Sequence record: PP355768.1
DNA length: 64,000 nucleotides
Strand: one strand, 5' to 3'
The position numbers and the translations under genes are program-made. Every line of letters begins with the position of its first letter. Position 1 is the first letter of the stretch. Below, piece by piece: positions 10,680 through 21,003 of this stretch. Below the pieces are notes generated by a model. That model was given only the letters and a program-made list of their open reading frames with translations. It had not been told where the DNA came from and ran no database searches.

Positions 10680-10812
10680 CAATATTGCAATTTAGTATCT
10701 ACACCCAAGATTTCTTTATCAGCGCTTAAAACAGTTTTCATTTCTGATTTTTCATATACATCCATGCATACTTCACCACCAACCTCGCCACGGCCAGTGT
10801 AATAATCCAATC
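10680..10812 (-). pseudogene. uvsY: UvsY recombination mediator, internal fragment
   Basis: DYYTGRG...MDVYEKSEMKTVLSADK...KLQYW. Confidence 0.85.
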
Positions 10813-11160
10813 GTGCTCGTCTACTATAGAAAACTGTACGGTGACAATTATAGCATTATCGTCATATAACGGAAGCACATCAACCGATAGACGATTAATC
10901 CTAGGCTCATAATTACGCACAGCAGAGACTATATTACGCTTTATCGTATCACCAGTTAATGGAGTCATGTTTTCAAATAATTCGTTTGTGATATCACAAC
11001 CAAACGCTGGGTCAAATGGCCGAGACCCCTTTCTTGTGGTTATTATTCCAAGAAGGCTATTTTTAACTGATCGAGCTCCTACTGTTTTTGACACATCGGT
11101 ATCCCAAGCAAGTCGCATCTCTGGGTCAAGGTCAGAATATAGTTTATCGATATTGCTCAT
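10812..11160 (-). pseudogene. 25: gp25 baseplate wedge protein, C-terminus lost
   Basis: LLGIITTRKGSRPFDPAFGC, VRNYEPRI. Confidence 0.9.
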
Positions 11161-11786
11161 GACATAATCTTAAAGAATTCTTTAAGCCCCTTAATTACAT
11201 GAATGTGAGAAATTCCGCATTCACAAGTAATGGGAACTGCCAATTGAACCTGTGGCTTCAATAGCATATTTTTGATGTTAACTACATCTTCGGTTGTAAT
11301 AGCAGAATATAAATCATCGATTTCTGCATCGTTTAAATCATTAAAGTAAATCTGCTCATTTCCAACCACGATATAATCTATGCATTTTGATATCATCATT
11401 GGAATGTCGGAATCGTCAAAAAGATTCGGATACTTGAACTTTATCTTGAATCCCTTTAAGTCATACCAGAGGTCTTCTGGAGGATCGATTTGCGCATGTG
11501 TATAATTTAATGGCACAGGAATTTTACGCCCACAGGTGCAATTCCAGGTCACCTCATGATTAACCTCGCCTATACTATGCGCCCAAAGTATAACTATAAG
11601 TAATTCCGATTCTTGTTTGTTTAACCCAGTAGCATTAGTACATTCTCTGAGCAATGCTTTAACACATTCATCGATTGTACCGTTTTTCTTCGCTGCAATT
11701 AAATTAGCGTATTCTTCTAGTGTAAAAGCTCGGCACTGGATATTCTTGCCATTTATTCTTGTTTCAAATTTATATGTGATGTTCAT
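11157..11786 (-). CDS. 26: gp26 baseplate hub protein
   Basis: CRAFTLEEY, LAVPITCECG; 209 aa. Confidence 0.9.
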   Translation of the reverse strand: MNITYKFETRINGKNIQCRAFTLEEYANLIAAKKNGTIDECVKALLRECTNATGLNKQESELLIVILWAHSIGEVNHEVTWNCTCGRKIPVPLNYTHAQIDPPEDLWYDLKGFKIKFKYPNLFDDSDIPMMISKCIDYIVVGNEQIYFNDLNDAEIDDLYSAITTEDVVNIKNMLLKPQVQLAVPITCECGISHIHVIKGLKEFFKIMS

Positions 11787-11806
11787 ATCCACTCCTCTTA
11801 TTCAAT

Positions 11807-11818
11807 TATTTATAAATA
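11807..11818. promoter_or_regulatory. Overlapping divergent late promoters for genes 26 and 51
   Basis: TATTTATAAATA contains TATAAATA on both strands. Confidence 0.85.
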
Positions 11819-11837
11819 GTATAAAGAGGATTACCTT

Positions 11838-12227
11838 ATGGCCAATATAGTTAGATGCGAATTACCAGATGGTGTCCAACGTTTTAAGCCATTTACCGTA
11901 GAAGATTATAGAGACCTTTTATTGGTTAGAAACGACATGAACACCAAGTCTGAAGAAGAACAAAAACAACTTATAGCAGAATTAATGGATGATTATTTTC
12001 ATGACCATCCTGCTGAGTATCGTCCTTATATATTTCTTAAGGTATTTCTTTCAAGTATTGGTAAAACTAAAATACCAGTCAGAATGAAGTGCCCAAATTT
12101 CACATTTTATCAGATTAACCATAGATTGGTTTCTCAGGGTAAATACGATTTGAATTCTATAATGAAAATGCTGCCTATAGAACGTGGCATAACCTTATCG
12201 CTTATTGAAAAGGACCTTAAATCATGA
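11838..12227 (+). pseudogene. 51: gp51 hub assembly protein with large in-frame deletion near 12095
   Basis: [18 protein letters not shown]-terminus joined to C-terminus; 129 aa versus about 250 in T4. Confidence 0.8.
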
Positions 12228-12338
12228 CAGCACAAAGATTAGGATATCCTAATATAAGCATAAAATTATATTCTGGATATGATGCGTGGCTAGCTAATAG
12301 ATTCGTTGAATTAGCAGCTACATTTATTACATTAACTC
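12224..12338 (+). pseudogene. 27: gp27 hub subunit, N-terminal fragment
   Basis: [13 protein letters not shown]...[14 protein letters not shown]. Confidence 0.85.
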
Positions 12339-12421
12339 CCACGACTGTTGCAGTTGAGCACGGGCTGCTGTACCTTCTGGGAATAACTGGCGTACTGCAT
12401 AAGTATCTAATTTAATGTCAA

Positions 12422-12754
12422 TCATTTTACCTTTTTCACTCCAGGAATATTAGAGATAGTTTCAAATACTTCGTCAAAGTTATCTTTATCAACAGTGACT
12501 ACCATAGTGCGAGCGGTCTGTTTCTTTTTCCAACGTTTAAAGAAAGTTGCAAGACTCAAATCATGGGAAGTGAAGAAATCATCGGTTTTGTAAACATATC
12601 CGCTTTCAATTTTTACTACCGCATCAGGCGAAGGGTCTTCATATTCTTCTACTTCAACATCATCAAAGAGTATTAAAGTGTCATCATGATAATAGCCTTC
12701 CCAGAAGGCTTCATCGTTATAAAATTCTTTCCAAAGTGCGCCAGTTGTTTTCAT
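12422..12754 (-). CDS. Acidic hypothetical protein (110 aa)
   Basis: Stop-start overlapping early-type operon. Confidence 0.7.
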   Translation of the reverse strand: MKTTGALWKEFYNDEAFWEGYYHDDTLILFDDVEVEEYEDPSPDAVVKIESGYVYKTDDFFTSHDLSLATFFKRWKKKQTARTMVVTVDKDNFDEVFETISNIPGVKKVK

Positions 12755-13065
12755 TTAATCACCTTCTTCCAAGCTTCGTGAGCAGCACACGCTAATACTT
12801 CATCATCAGTCAAATTGAACTTGCCTTCATTACGCAGAGCAATCATTTCATTGAATTCAGTATCAGTTCTAAGCATCATGTTAAGAACTGTAAAATCCAT
12901 TGTCGCTCGAAGATATTCTTTAAGCTGCATAGGGTCGATGCCACTTTCGTATGCGTCAAGAATCATATCTGCAATGATGTTAGCAAAGTTTTTGTCTTTT
13001 ATGAGGTTATTAGCATACTCGACAAAAAACTTAGTATTAGCACCAGTAATAGTTTTAGTAATCAT
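12751..13065 (-). CDS. Hypothetical protein (104 aa)
   Basis: ATGA overlap with neighbours. Confidence 0.7.
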   Translation of the reverse strand: MITKTITGANTKFFVEYANNLIKDKNFANIIADMILDAYESGIDPMQLKEYLRATMDFTVLNMMLRTDTEFNEMIALRNEGKFNLTDDEVLACAAHEAWKKVIK

Positions 13066-13322
13066 TTTAATTTTCTCTCAAATTTATGCTTACAAGTCCG
13101 ACATTTCATTTTCAGAATATCGGTTGTCCAATCAACAAGCTGTACTTGAATACTACCACATTTTTCACAAGGCACAACTTGTTTAGCTGCAGCTTCTCGA
13201 CGGTCTACCATTTCAAGACAGGCATCCCAGTCAATTTTAAATTCAGGTACAGGTGGATACTCAAACTCAATTTCAAGGTCGTTATCATCAACGACCATGT
13301 CTTCTTTTAATTGATTTTTCAC
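13062..13322 (-). CDS. Zinc-ribbon protein (86 aa)
   Basis: CEKC-x17-CRTC. Confidence 0.7.
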   Translation of the reverse strand: MKNQLKEDMVVDDNDLEIEFEYPPVPEFKIDWDACLEMVDRREAAAKQVVPCEKCGSIQVQLVDWTTDILKMKCRTCKHKFERKLK

Positions 13323-14293
13323 AGTAAGCTCCGGGCATACTCGAGAGATTCATACCGCTCTTTGTACTCGTTAAGCGATTTGACTAAATCTGCCATCATC
13401 AATTCATGCTTACTTAATTCAGCTTCTTTTGTATCAATAAACCGCTTAACCGATTCCATTTCGGCAGTAATGCTATTCTTAGCGATTTCAATATGATTTA
13501 CTGGTGTTAACGGAAGAGGCTTAATAACATTGAGATACATATGTGCTACATCTTCATCAATAACTGGGGTGGTGCTCAATGTTTTAGGAAAAATCTTAAA
13601 TGGGTCCAAATGTACTTCAAGAACAGATGAGTTTTCACCTTGCTGTTTGCAACATGATTTTTTAACTACATCCATATGCTCTAATGCAGTACGAACTTGC
13701 GCTAAAAGCGCCCGAGCCGGATACTTTCCGCTGGACAAATGGCTGTTAATATGAATTCGTACAGTTACATTGTCAAGTTCTTCGGCACGAATAAATGAAA
13801 CACCCTTAGGATTTCTAGAACTAGTAGAAGATACCTGGTATTTCACACGCTCATCGCCTTTAAGTAAGCAAATTGAACGATTAAGAATACGGCGCAGGTT
13901 TGCATTAAATTCAGAGCAGAAGATTTGAGCAGCGCTGCGGTCATGTCTTTCTTCAGTTTTAAACGCCCCTGCCGCAAAGCTATAACGCTGACCGTAAATT
14001 TTAGCATTGCCGATAGCAAACTTTTTGAGCTGTTTCTCTGCTGACATTGCACCTAACCAACGAGAACGACGAATGTTTTCTACAACAAAACTAACATAGT
14101 TGGCTTCATGTGCTGCCATGCTATTTAGCACACGCCGAGCTACGTTACCAGCAATTGCTACGTTATAAGCAGCTGGATTTAAATCATGTAAAGCTGCCAA
14201 AACCTTTACGTGCTTCTCACGCTTTGACAACCCCTTTCCATTATGCTTATCAAATTCACCAGCTACAAACATCTTTAATTCATTCTTATTCAT
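13319..14293 (-). CDS. Hypothetical protein (324 aa) with C-terminal coiled coil
   Basis: Long ORF with SD downstream of a middle promoter. Confidence 0.75.
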   Translation of the reverse strand: MNKNELKMFVAGEFDKHNGKGLSKREKHVKVLAALHDLNPAAYNVAIAGNVARRVLNSMAAHEANYVSFVVENIRRSRWLGAMSAEKQLKKFAIGNAKIYGQRYSFAAGAFKTEERHDRSAAQIFCSEFNANLRRILNRSICLLKGDERVKYQVSSTSSRNPKGVSFIRAEELDNVTVRIHINSHLSSGKYPARALLAQVRTALEHMDVVKKSCCKQQGENSSVLEVHLDPFKIFPKTLSTTPVIDEDVAHMYLNVIKPLPLTPVNHIEIAKNSITAEMESVKRFIDTKEAELSKHELMMADLVKSLNEYKERYESLEYARSLL

Positions 14294-14351
14294 TATCTTT
14301 TCCTCTATTTTGGACTGGGCTCAAAGAGTATCTCAAAATCTCCCTGAACCC

Positions 14352-14380
14352 ATTATACAACAATTATTCCTCAAGCATTA
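14352..14380 (-). promoter_or_regulatory. Middle promoter
   Basis: TAATGCTTGA-13 nt-TATAAT on minus strand. Confidence 0.7.
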
Positions 14381-14897
14381 TAACTTTGCTTGGGCGCTTA
14401 TAGAAAGCATGAGTTTTATCATCTTTCGCTAATTCAAATGTAGCAGTAAACTGTACTTTGCCTCTGTATTCAAACGGAATACTTTTTGGAAGGGAGCCGT
14501 AAACCGTAGCTCCATTCTCAAGCACAACCATCATCTTACATTGTACGCCGTAATAGTCTTCATAAACTTTTACTGACGTTACGGTACCAGAGACAGTCAC
14601 TCGTCCTTCCGGGGCATCCCCTTTATTCTTATTCAGCTCATTGAATATATTATCAAAGACCTCTTTTGAATGTTCCTGGATAGCCTCTAAGATGCTCTTA
14701 TGAGCTCTAACTTCTGCCATAACAACATCTGTGCCATCTTGCAATTTCCACTCTTTATATGGAATGCGTACTTCAAGAGGATAACCATACAGCATTCAAC
14801 TCCTCGGCGCGTTTTTCAACTTTCGCTCGGTGTGCTTGGCGGGCTACACGATTTTCTTCAACAAGTGCAGAGATAATCTCGGTTAAAGTTTTCATTT
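14364..14897 (-). pseudogene. Hypothetical gene probably split by a deletion near 14790
   Basis: MKTLTEIISALVEENR start with SD and promoter; out-of-frame C-terminal piece GRVTVSGTVTSVK. Confidence 0.5.
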
Positions 14898-14923
14898 TAT
14901 TCTCCAGTTTGGTTGACGAGACC

Positions 14924-14953
14924 ATCTTATCAACAGCCTCGCCGAAAGTAAAC
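14924..14953 (-). promoter_or_regulatory. Early promoter
   Basis: GTTTAC...GATAAGAT on minus strand. Confidence 0.75.
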
Positions 14954-15219
14954 TACTTTGTGAAAAATTTTCTCCAAAGCAGAACTGCGTCTCTACGAGA
15001 TACTTCTACTGCTCCTAGAGCAACTGCTTGCTTGCGGCGAACATCTCGTAAATCGTAATGTGGAACTCGCTTATCCTGGAACCAAGAACGTTTCATTCCG
15101 ATAGCTTCTGCCATAGCGTGCAACTCATCAAGGTTGTCGCTAAACATATGACAATTCTTTACTTGATGACCTCTCATTTTCCAGCCATGATTCATCAAGA
15201 CATCTACGTATACTGTCAT
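14953..15219 (-). CDS. DUF4031-family protein (88 aa)
   Basis: VYVD...CHMFSD...ELHAMA...WFQ...PHYDL pattern. Confidence 0.7.
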   Translation of the reverse strand: MTVYVDVLMNHGWKMRGHQVKNCHMFSDNLDELHAMAEAIGMKRSWFQDKRVPHYDLRDVRRKQAVALGAVEVSRRDAVLLWRKFFTK

Positions 15220-15380
15220 TTCTGATTCTCGATGTAGGTTTCAATGATGAACTGTGCTAAACACAGAAGATTATCTTCTGAAGGAGAATCTACTAAATTC
15301 TCAACCATTTCAGAAATAGTTCCAAAAGCTTCTTCAGTATTGAACATTTCTTGAAGTTCGTTCCAAGTAGGTGCTTTCAT
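15216..15380 (-). CDS. 54-aa hypothetical protein (MKAPTWNELQEMF...)
   Basis: GAGG SD; upstream -10 box; overlaps the next start. Confidence 0.65.
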   Translation of the reverse strand: MKAPTWNELQEMFNTEEAFGTISEMVENLVDSPSEDNLLCLAQFIIETYIENQK

Positions 15381-15574
15381 TTCAATCTCCTCATTAGTTA
15401 ACGAAGCTATCTTATCATGGCTTTTCTAAGATGTAGCCACGCCATTGGTCTGCCCATGCTGAAATACTGCTTGGTACGCTGACGGCGCAGAAATTCGGGT
15501 TGAACGTTCTTTATTGTCATAGCATTTGCCATCAATAAAGCGTTTAAATTTAACTTCATAGGTTTTTAACATTA

Positions 15575-15895
15575 TTACACCTTAGCATAATTGACGATTT
15601 GTTCACGATCAGCGGGCCAATTTAAATCAGAACGTTTCTTGTTTGACCACGCAATATTTTCTTCAGCCCAATGAAGTTTAGCCGATACGCTCTTTTGTAC
15701 GTCTCTGATGGCTTCTTCAAGATAAATGCCTAAATCTCTCGGGTTAGTTCCTTGAGTTTTAAATGCATTGAGCAAAATATTTCTTACAACTTCTTTAAAT
15801 TGATTTTCAACTTCCGGGTGAATAAATTCACGATATCCGCTGCACGGATATCCAAAAGCATCTACCATACGAGTAGTACTAAATTCTTTGCTCAT
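15575..15895 (-). CDS. Hypothetical protein (106 aa)
   Basis: Overlapping operon. Confidence 0.7.
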   Translation of the reverse strand: MSKEFSTTRMVDAFGYPCSGYREFIHPEVENQFKEVVRNILLNAFKTQGTNPRDLGIYLEEAIRDVQKSVSAKLHWAEENIAWSNKKRSDLNWPADREQIVNYAKV

Positions 15896-16227
15896 AATCC
15901 GAGGGCCTCGCGTTCATCAGGATTTAATTTAGCCAAAGCGGCTTCTTTAATTTTTTCCAACCGTTTACGCTTAGCTTCAGGTGTTTCTTCCTGAACACTA
16001 ATAGCAGCGCTTTTAGGAAAAGTCCATGATTCGCCATTTTCATCGGTAAACGTAATCAGTTCAGTTGGAGTGCTATTAACTGTACCATCTGAGCCATACC
16101 AGGATTTTCCTTTGACTGCTTCTCGGGCAATACAGTATGAACCATAATAACCAAACAACTCACTACGACGATCGTCTGGTGAAACATATGCAGCAAAGGC
16201 GTTAGACTCTGTCATTACCCATTTCAT
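15892..16227 (-). CDS. Hypothetical protein (111 aa)
   Basis: Overlapping operon. Confidence 0.7.
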   Translation of the reverse strand: MKWVMTESNAFAAYVSPDDRRSELFGYYGSYCIAREAVKGKSWYGSDGTVNSTPTELITFTDENGESWTFPKSAAISVQEETPEAKRKRLEKIKEAALAKLNPDEREALGL

Positions 16228-16649
16228 TTTAGCACCTCGTAGCGAATAAGTTCAATACGATTTTTAAGCTCTTGGTATGATTTACGCCAAGGCTTATAAT
16301 AAGCATTTAAATCTTGGTGCTGTTTATGCATTTCGTCTAAATGCTTTACTGCATCCTGCACATTTGCAAGGAAAGTATCAAATACTTTATTAGCGTATTC
16401 TTTCCTGAGCTCAATGAATGGAGGAGCACGAAATACGTTTACCATTACACGTAGTTCATGATAAGAAGAATGGACTTCAGCTAATACATTTTTCTTATCG
16501 CCAAAATTAAACTTATAAAGTTTTTCACAGATTGCTTCACAGGATTTCTCTGCTTTACCCTTTGGTTTACCTGCAAAGATGTGTCCTGGCGGATATACTT
16601 TAATATTGTTTAACCAACATTCAATATCTTTAATAGCTGCTAAACTCAT
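16224..16649 (-). CDS. Hypothetical protein (about 141 aa)
   Basis: GGAG SD before MSLAAIKDIE. Confidence 0.7.
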   Translation of the reverse strand: MSLAAIKDIECWLNNIKVYPPGHIFAGKPKGKAEKSCEAICEKLYKFNFGDKKNVLAEVHSSYHELRVMVNVFRAPPFIELRKEYANKVFDTFLANVQDAVKHLDEMHKQHQDLNAYYKPWRKSYQELKNRIELIRYEVLK

Positions 16650-16764
16650 TGTACCCACGCTCCATTTTCATCAATGTAATTAATCCACTCGTTAATAGTC
16701 CAGGAAGAGGTATCACCTTTAGGAGTATCAGCGATATACATTCCGCCTTTAAACAAAACACGTT

Positions 16765-17830
16765 CAAAGACTTCATTTTTATTTTCATCATTCAACCACA
16801 GAATGCCAGAATCATGAGAAGTCAATGGCTTTCCATCAACTCGGAATTTCAAAGCATCACCAGTAGCTTTATGGAACACAGGAATAGTTCCACAAGCGCC
16901 TAGTTCTAAATGTGTGTATTCCAGCGAACGCTCAAGGAATTTATCCGGAAGACGTGACAGCTGATATCCAAATCCAGACTGAGACATACGCTCAAGCATT
17001 TCAGAGTTAACATATCGGTCAAGAACTTGAGGATTCAGGCCTGGTCCAGTTTTAACCTGATGATAATGACGGCAATAATCAATTTCATAGCGTTCTTTAA
17101 TGTTAATAAACGCAGGACTGCGTTCTAACCCTTCCAAGATAGTCGTTTTACCTGCAGGACGCAGATGACTTTCATGAAAGTCAAACATCAAGAAATAACC
17201 TTTCCATGTAGTAGTACGACCAATCCAACGATGGATATCAAAATCAATAGCAGAGAAGTCTTTCCAATACTTATCACGAATTGCTTTGATGTTCATAGCA
17301 GGTTGAAAGTTATAAACTGGAGGAGCTGCATCAGAATCATCAAAGAAACTCAACCCGCCGCTTGGAAAATATTCTTCCATTAACACTGTATTAAAATCGC
17401 CGTTTGAGCTATGACTAAACAGTACATCAGCACGCTTAACAGTTTCTTCAAGACCAGCGTTTCTACGCAGTGACAACGCTCTATGGTCATGCTGATACAC
17501 GACTACCCGAACCTCAGGTTTAATGTTCTCTATGAGCTTCTTATAGTTATCAATCGCTGCTTCTGGAGCGTTGACAGCAGGTACTGAGTTGATGATAAGA
17601 ATGTCACATGCGTTAAGCAGAGATAAAGTCTTATCGTAGTCATCTGCCAGAGACACAGGAATAGTTACATCTTTATAGCTATGTGCTCTATTACGAGTAA
17701 ACGCTTTATCTTTAGCGTAAATGATATTTACTTCATGGCCATGTTTTACTAACCACTCACGGTGCTCGAGACTGAACTTGGTTACGCCGCATCCCTCAAG
17801 TCCGCGAGCCATTAAAATATTAATCTTCAT
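16765..17830 (-). pseudogene. a-gt: DNA alpha-glucosyltransferase, C-terminus replaced at a junction
   Basis: MARGLEGCGVTKFSLE, RWIGRTTTWKG, SLEYTHLELGACGTIPVF. Confidence 0.9.
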
Positions 17831-17858
17831 ATGTTGACCTTTGTTGTTAATTTTGAAT

Positions 17859-17900
17859 ATTTTACCATTCCCGTAATAAAGCAAAAGGGCCGAAGCCCTT
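17859..17900 (-). promoter_or_regulatory. UUCG terminator hairpin overlapping a middle promoter for a-gt
   Basis: Minus strand AAGGGC-TTCG-GCCCTT-TTGCTTTA-12 nt-TAAAAT. Confidence 0.75.
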
Positions 17901-18157
17901 TAAATTTTCTTGTATACAACATAACCCGCTGCTTCACATATACGCTTAGCTTCTTCAAAGCGTCTAAGCATATCTACCTTAGCATTATGAATCGCTTCAT
18001 AATCGGGAGCAGGTGCTTCTCTCCGAGCAGTATCACATTTATAACAGAAGTAACTACGCTTTGGTCCTGTATAACGTTCTGAACAATTACTGCACCGGCA
18101 TGTATAATTTCCTTCCGGCCAATCATGCCCAGGGTTAGAACCCATCAAATTCGTCAT
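17900..18157 (-). CDS. Cys-rich hypothetical protein
   Basis: CRCSNC...CYKC. Confidence 0.65.
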   Translation of the reverse strand: MTNLMGSNPGHDWPEGNYTCRCSNCSERYTGPKRSYFCYKCDTARREAPAPDYEAIHNAKVDMLRRFEEAKRICEAAGYVVYKKI

Positions 18158-18230
18158 ACATCCCAATTCTCTTCACTAGTAATAAAATCAGGGTGTTCAT
18201 CTAAATCAATGAATCCCCAGTTCTCTTCGT

Positions 18231-18428
18231 TTACCATTCATACCACCGTTTAACCTGGAAGGTGTCAACCCAGACAAGAGAGTTCTTATCAATTAGCTTA
18301 CATCCTTCGGTAGAGCCTAACACGCGATATTGATTATCTGCTACCTTTACTGCCATCGTACCAGTCGCAGTGTTTAAAGTAAATCCTGCGTCTTTACGAA
18401 CACGTTTAAATTTTACTTGTACCAGCAT
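18231..18428 (-). CDS. A-gt.3-like hypothetical protein
   Basis: Position after a-gt.4; FKRVRKDAGFTLN. Confidence 0.6.
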   Translation of the reverse strand: MLVQVKFKRVRKDAGFTLNTATGTMAVKVADNQYRVLGSTEGCKLIDKNSLVWVDTFQVKRWYEW

Positions 18429-18708
18429 TTAGAATGTCCCAAACAGATTTACGAGAGGTATTCCAGCAAGTCAGAATAATCTCATCATTAAAAGGTTGTT
18501 TTAAAATAGTACGCAGTTTTTCAATAGCATACTTGTAAGCAGGGAAATTGTTGTCTAATACCGCGTCTCCAGCATGAGCTTTTAATCGCTCAATTTCACG
18601 ACGGTTTTTACGAACAATTTTGTTGGCTCGAGCAATAGCTTGTTCTTCTGCCGCTTCCATTAGTTTCTGCTGCAGTTCGTCGCGCTCTTCCTGGGTAATA
18701 TTGTTCAT
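18406..18708 (-). CDS. a-gt.4: A-gt.4 conserved protein
   Basis: KNRREIERL, NNFPAYKYAIEKLR. Confidence 0.7.
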   Translation of the reverse strand: MNNITQEERDELQQKLMEAAEEQAIARANKIVRKNRREIERLKAHAGDAVLDNNFPAYKYAIEKLRTILKQPFNDEIILTCWNTSRKSVWDILNAGTSKI

Positions 18709-18764
18709 GTTATAAATAAGGGATAGCGTCTAGGTCTTGCACATCTTCTAAAAACCCGTCGAGG

Positions 18765-19313
18765 TTAATCTTCAGCCTCATATAAAAATTCCAGATTAGG
18801 TCCATCGCTTGTAGGTTCGCTCTTTTTAGCAGACCCTGGCGCCTTATAAGCGGTGGATTCATACTGCGTCATTTTATCGTAGATGTCCTGAATAAAGGTT
18901 TCATCTGCTAACGCAACCATATCATCGTCCCGTGAATCATACACGTTGTGGACAAAATAGCTGTATTTCTTTGCCATTTCTTTGCGTTCTTTTTTGATAC
19001 GCTGAACGAATGCATTGAAACAAGCTTGGGTTATATACGCATGCGGGTTATCATACTTAGTTTCATCGAAGTTGATTAAGCCTTTAATTGCGGCTTCAAT
19101 CCCGTCTGAAATCATTTCTTGCTTCCAGGATTGGGTGTATCCTGAAAAGTTGAAACGCTTACTCAGACCTTCTGCGATCAGCATAATAGCAAGGCCGATC
19201 GTATCGTTCTGTTTTACTACTCGAGGACCGCCAGCAGCTTCAGACTCCCGACACTTCTCTTTCCATGCACAGATTGATTTATACAGTTCCTTGTTATTTA
19301 CATAATTACTCAT
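18765..19313 (-). CDS. 55: gp55 late sigma factor
   Basis: [47 protein letters not shown]. Confidence 0.97.
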   Translation of the reverse strand: MSNYVNNKELYKSICAWKEKCRESEAAGGPRVVKQNDTIGLAIMLIAEGLSKRFNFSGYTQSWKQEMISDGIEAAIKGLINFDETKYDNPHAYITQACFNAFVQRIKKERKEMAKKYSYFVHNVYDSRDDDMVALADETFIQDIYDKMTQYESTAYKAPGSAKKSEPTSDGPNLEFLYEAED

Positions 19314-19379
19314 ATTGCCTCTTCGCTTCAATTAATAATATCTATTATAACAAATTTGGGAAGCGAGAGGATTAAAGCA

Positions 19380-19625
19380 TTACTTAATCAATTCAGCGCA
19401 TGCAATTAATTTCATCATGATACGATAAAAATCGTTATACGTGAAATCTGGTGGAACATCAATGACGGCTTCAAAATCTTCAAATACACGCTCCATTCCA
19501 TAGCCAGCGATATCATCTGATTCAGCATACCAGTACGTTCCATCTTGTGCAAAAGTTATTTGGCTATTTTCAAGACAGAACACACCTTTAATATTTTCAT
19601 GGGTAAGAGTCAATTGAATTTTCAT
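19380..19625 (-). CDS. Hypothetical protein (81 aa)
   Basis: 55.x early cluster. Confidence 0.65.
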   Translation of the reverse strand: MKIQLTLTHENIKGVFCLENSQITFAQDGTYWYAESDDIAGYGMERVFEDFEAVIDVPPDFTYNDFYRIMMKLIACAELIK

Positions 19626-19900
19626 AGTTCACCCTTCATGATACGATAGCATTGGAACAGCTGTTCCATGATACGTTTGAACTCAACCAAACTAAGTTCA
19701 AACCAATCAGATTCATCTACTTCATGCATCATTTCCATGAATGAAGAGTATAAACTTTCATAATGAGTTTCATTTAACATAGAGGCATGCGTTTCCCAAT
19801 ACATGCCCTCTTCATTGTCAAACCAAACACCCATATAAGAATCTATAGTAAATCCGCCAATGCCTTCTACTACAATCATAATTTGGTTTACTTTAGCCAT
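19622..19900 (-). CDS. Acidic hypothetical protein (92 aa)
   Basis: Overlapping operon. Confidence 0.65.
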   Translation of the reverse strand: MAKVNQIMIVVEGIGGFTIDSYMGVWFDNEEGMYWETHASMLNETHYESLYSSFMEMMHEVDESDWFELSLVEFKRIMEQLFQCYRIMKGEL

Positions 19901-20112
19901 GCTTTCACCGAGTCAATAGCATCTTCAAATTTAGAGAAAGCATCCACGGATGTGTATTCATTCTCTCCAGAGCGTTCATAAATCCAAAACGCATCAAAAT
20001 CTTCTTCAATGATGAATTCACCGTTAGGAGTTTCAATCGTGTTTCTGCCATCAGGCGTTTTAGATATGAACCATCCAAGAAAACCAACTTCTGCAATCTG
20101 TTCTTCAGTCAT
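19888..20112 (-). CDS. Hypothetical protein (74 aa)
   Basis: Overlapping operon. Confidence 0.65.
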   Translation of the reverse strand: MTEEQIAEVGFLGWFISKTPDGRNTIETPNGEFIIEEDFDAFWIYERSGENEYTSVDAFSKFEDAIDSVKAWLK

Positions 20113-20389
20113 TTAAAATTTCCACCAATTGATTATAGTTTAATGCTTTTCCAGAAGAAATCATAACATTACAAAATCTGTATAATGCTTCTTTTGATAC
20201 TTTATACACGTAATCGGAAGTTGTTACAATGTATGAAATGCGAACAAATGTTGGGGATTTTTCTGCTAATTCATATGCTAGTTTTCTAGCTCTACCGATA
20301 TCATCGGCAAACTTTGTATCAGCAAGCAAAATACTATCAAATACCCAACGATTAGTAAAAATTTCTGTGTACAGAATAACCTTACGCAT
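20105..20389 (-). CDS. Hypothetical protein (94 aa)
   Basis: Overlapping operon. Confidence 0.6.
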   Translation of the reverse strand: MRKVILYTEIFTNRWVFDSILLADTKFADDIGRARKLAYELAEKSPTFVRISYIVTTSDYVYKVSKEALYRFCNVMISSGKALNYNQLVEILND

Positions 20390-20639
20390 CAAGATATTCC
20401 CGCAGTTCTTGCTCATTTAAACCTTCTTGCCACATCTCCGATGGAGACGGAAGTTGGCTGTCTAGAGTGGATGAATCAATTGGAAATACTCTGATAATTA
20501 CGCTAGTATCTTCATCCCATTGATTTGCGAGTATCCGTTTAGCTTGACTAATATCAGGCTCAGAATGAGCCCGGATATACTTAATCCTTCTATGCCATAC
20601 ACCGGTAGGAATAGATGCGCATACGATATATGAAATCAT
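20382..20639 (-). CDS. Hypothetical protein (85 aa)
   Basis: Overlapping operon. Confidence 0.6.
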   Translation of the reverse strand: MISYIVCASIPTGVWHRRIKYIRAHSEPDISQAKRILANQWDEDTSVIIRVFPIDSSTLDSQLPSPSEMWQEGLNEQELREYLDA

Positions 20640-20939
20640 TTTGCCGCCTTAACCGCTTTAACATCGCGGAAGCCTTTCTTACGCAGAAATTTCACCGATA
20701 CCCGGAGTGATTGGTTCTACACCGAAGGCTTTGATGCCAAATTCAGACAGAAGATAAGCAACCACTAATTCACGGATGCGGGCTTTACCAATTTTTTGGC
20801 CTTCTTCTTTCATCGTACCGTGAAGCTCAACTTCCCACTGATCAAGCAAAGACGGAGTTACACAACGTCCTTCTTCCAGCATTGCAGATACTTTATCATA
20901 AGCAAAAGAGTTCAGTACGTTTTTGATTGCTTGGGACAT
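20636..20939 (-). pseudogene. 55.2: Gp55.2 (host topoisomerase I inhibitor in T4), small frameshifting deletion near 20680
   Basis: NSFAYDKV...VTPSLLDQWE...KAFGVE; basic tail RKKGFRDVK in another frame. Confidence 0.75.
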
Positions 20940-21003
20940 ATTAATTTCCTCAGTAACGATTGTTTTGACAGAGGAGATTTTAAATCAAATCTCCTGTAGC
21001 AAA

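Noticed and set aside
16646-17884. 412-aa alpha-gt with new N- and C-termini
   Set aside because: True start is probably 17830; the C-terminal ~37 aa belong to another gene end joined near 16765
18148-18238. Short direct repeat (GAAGAGAAYTGGG) in a possible 27-aa ORF
   Set aside because: Too short to separate a natural internal repeat from a deletion joint in an a-gt.2-like gene
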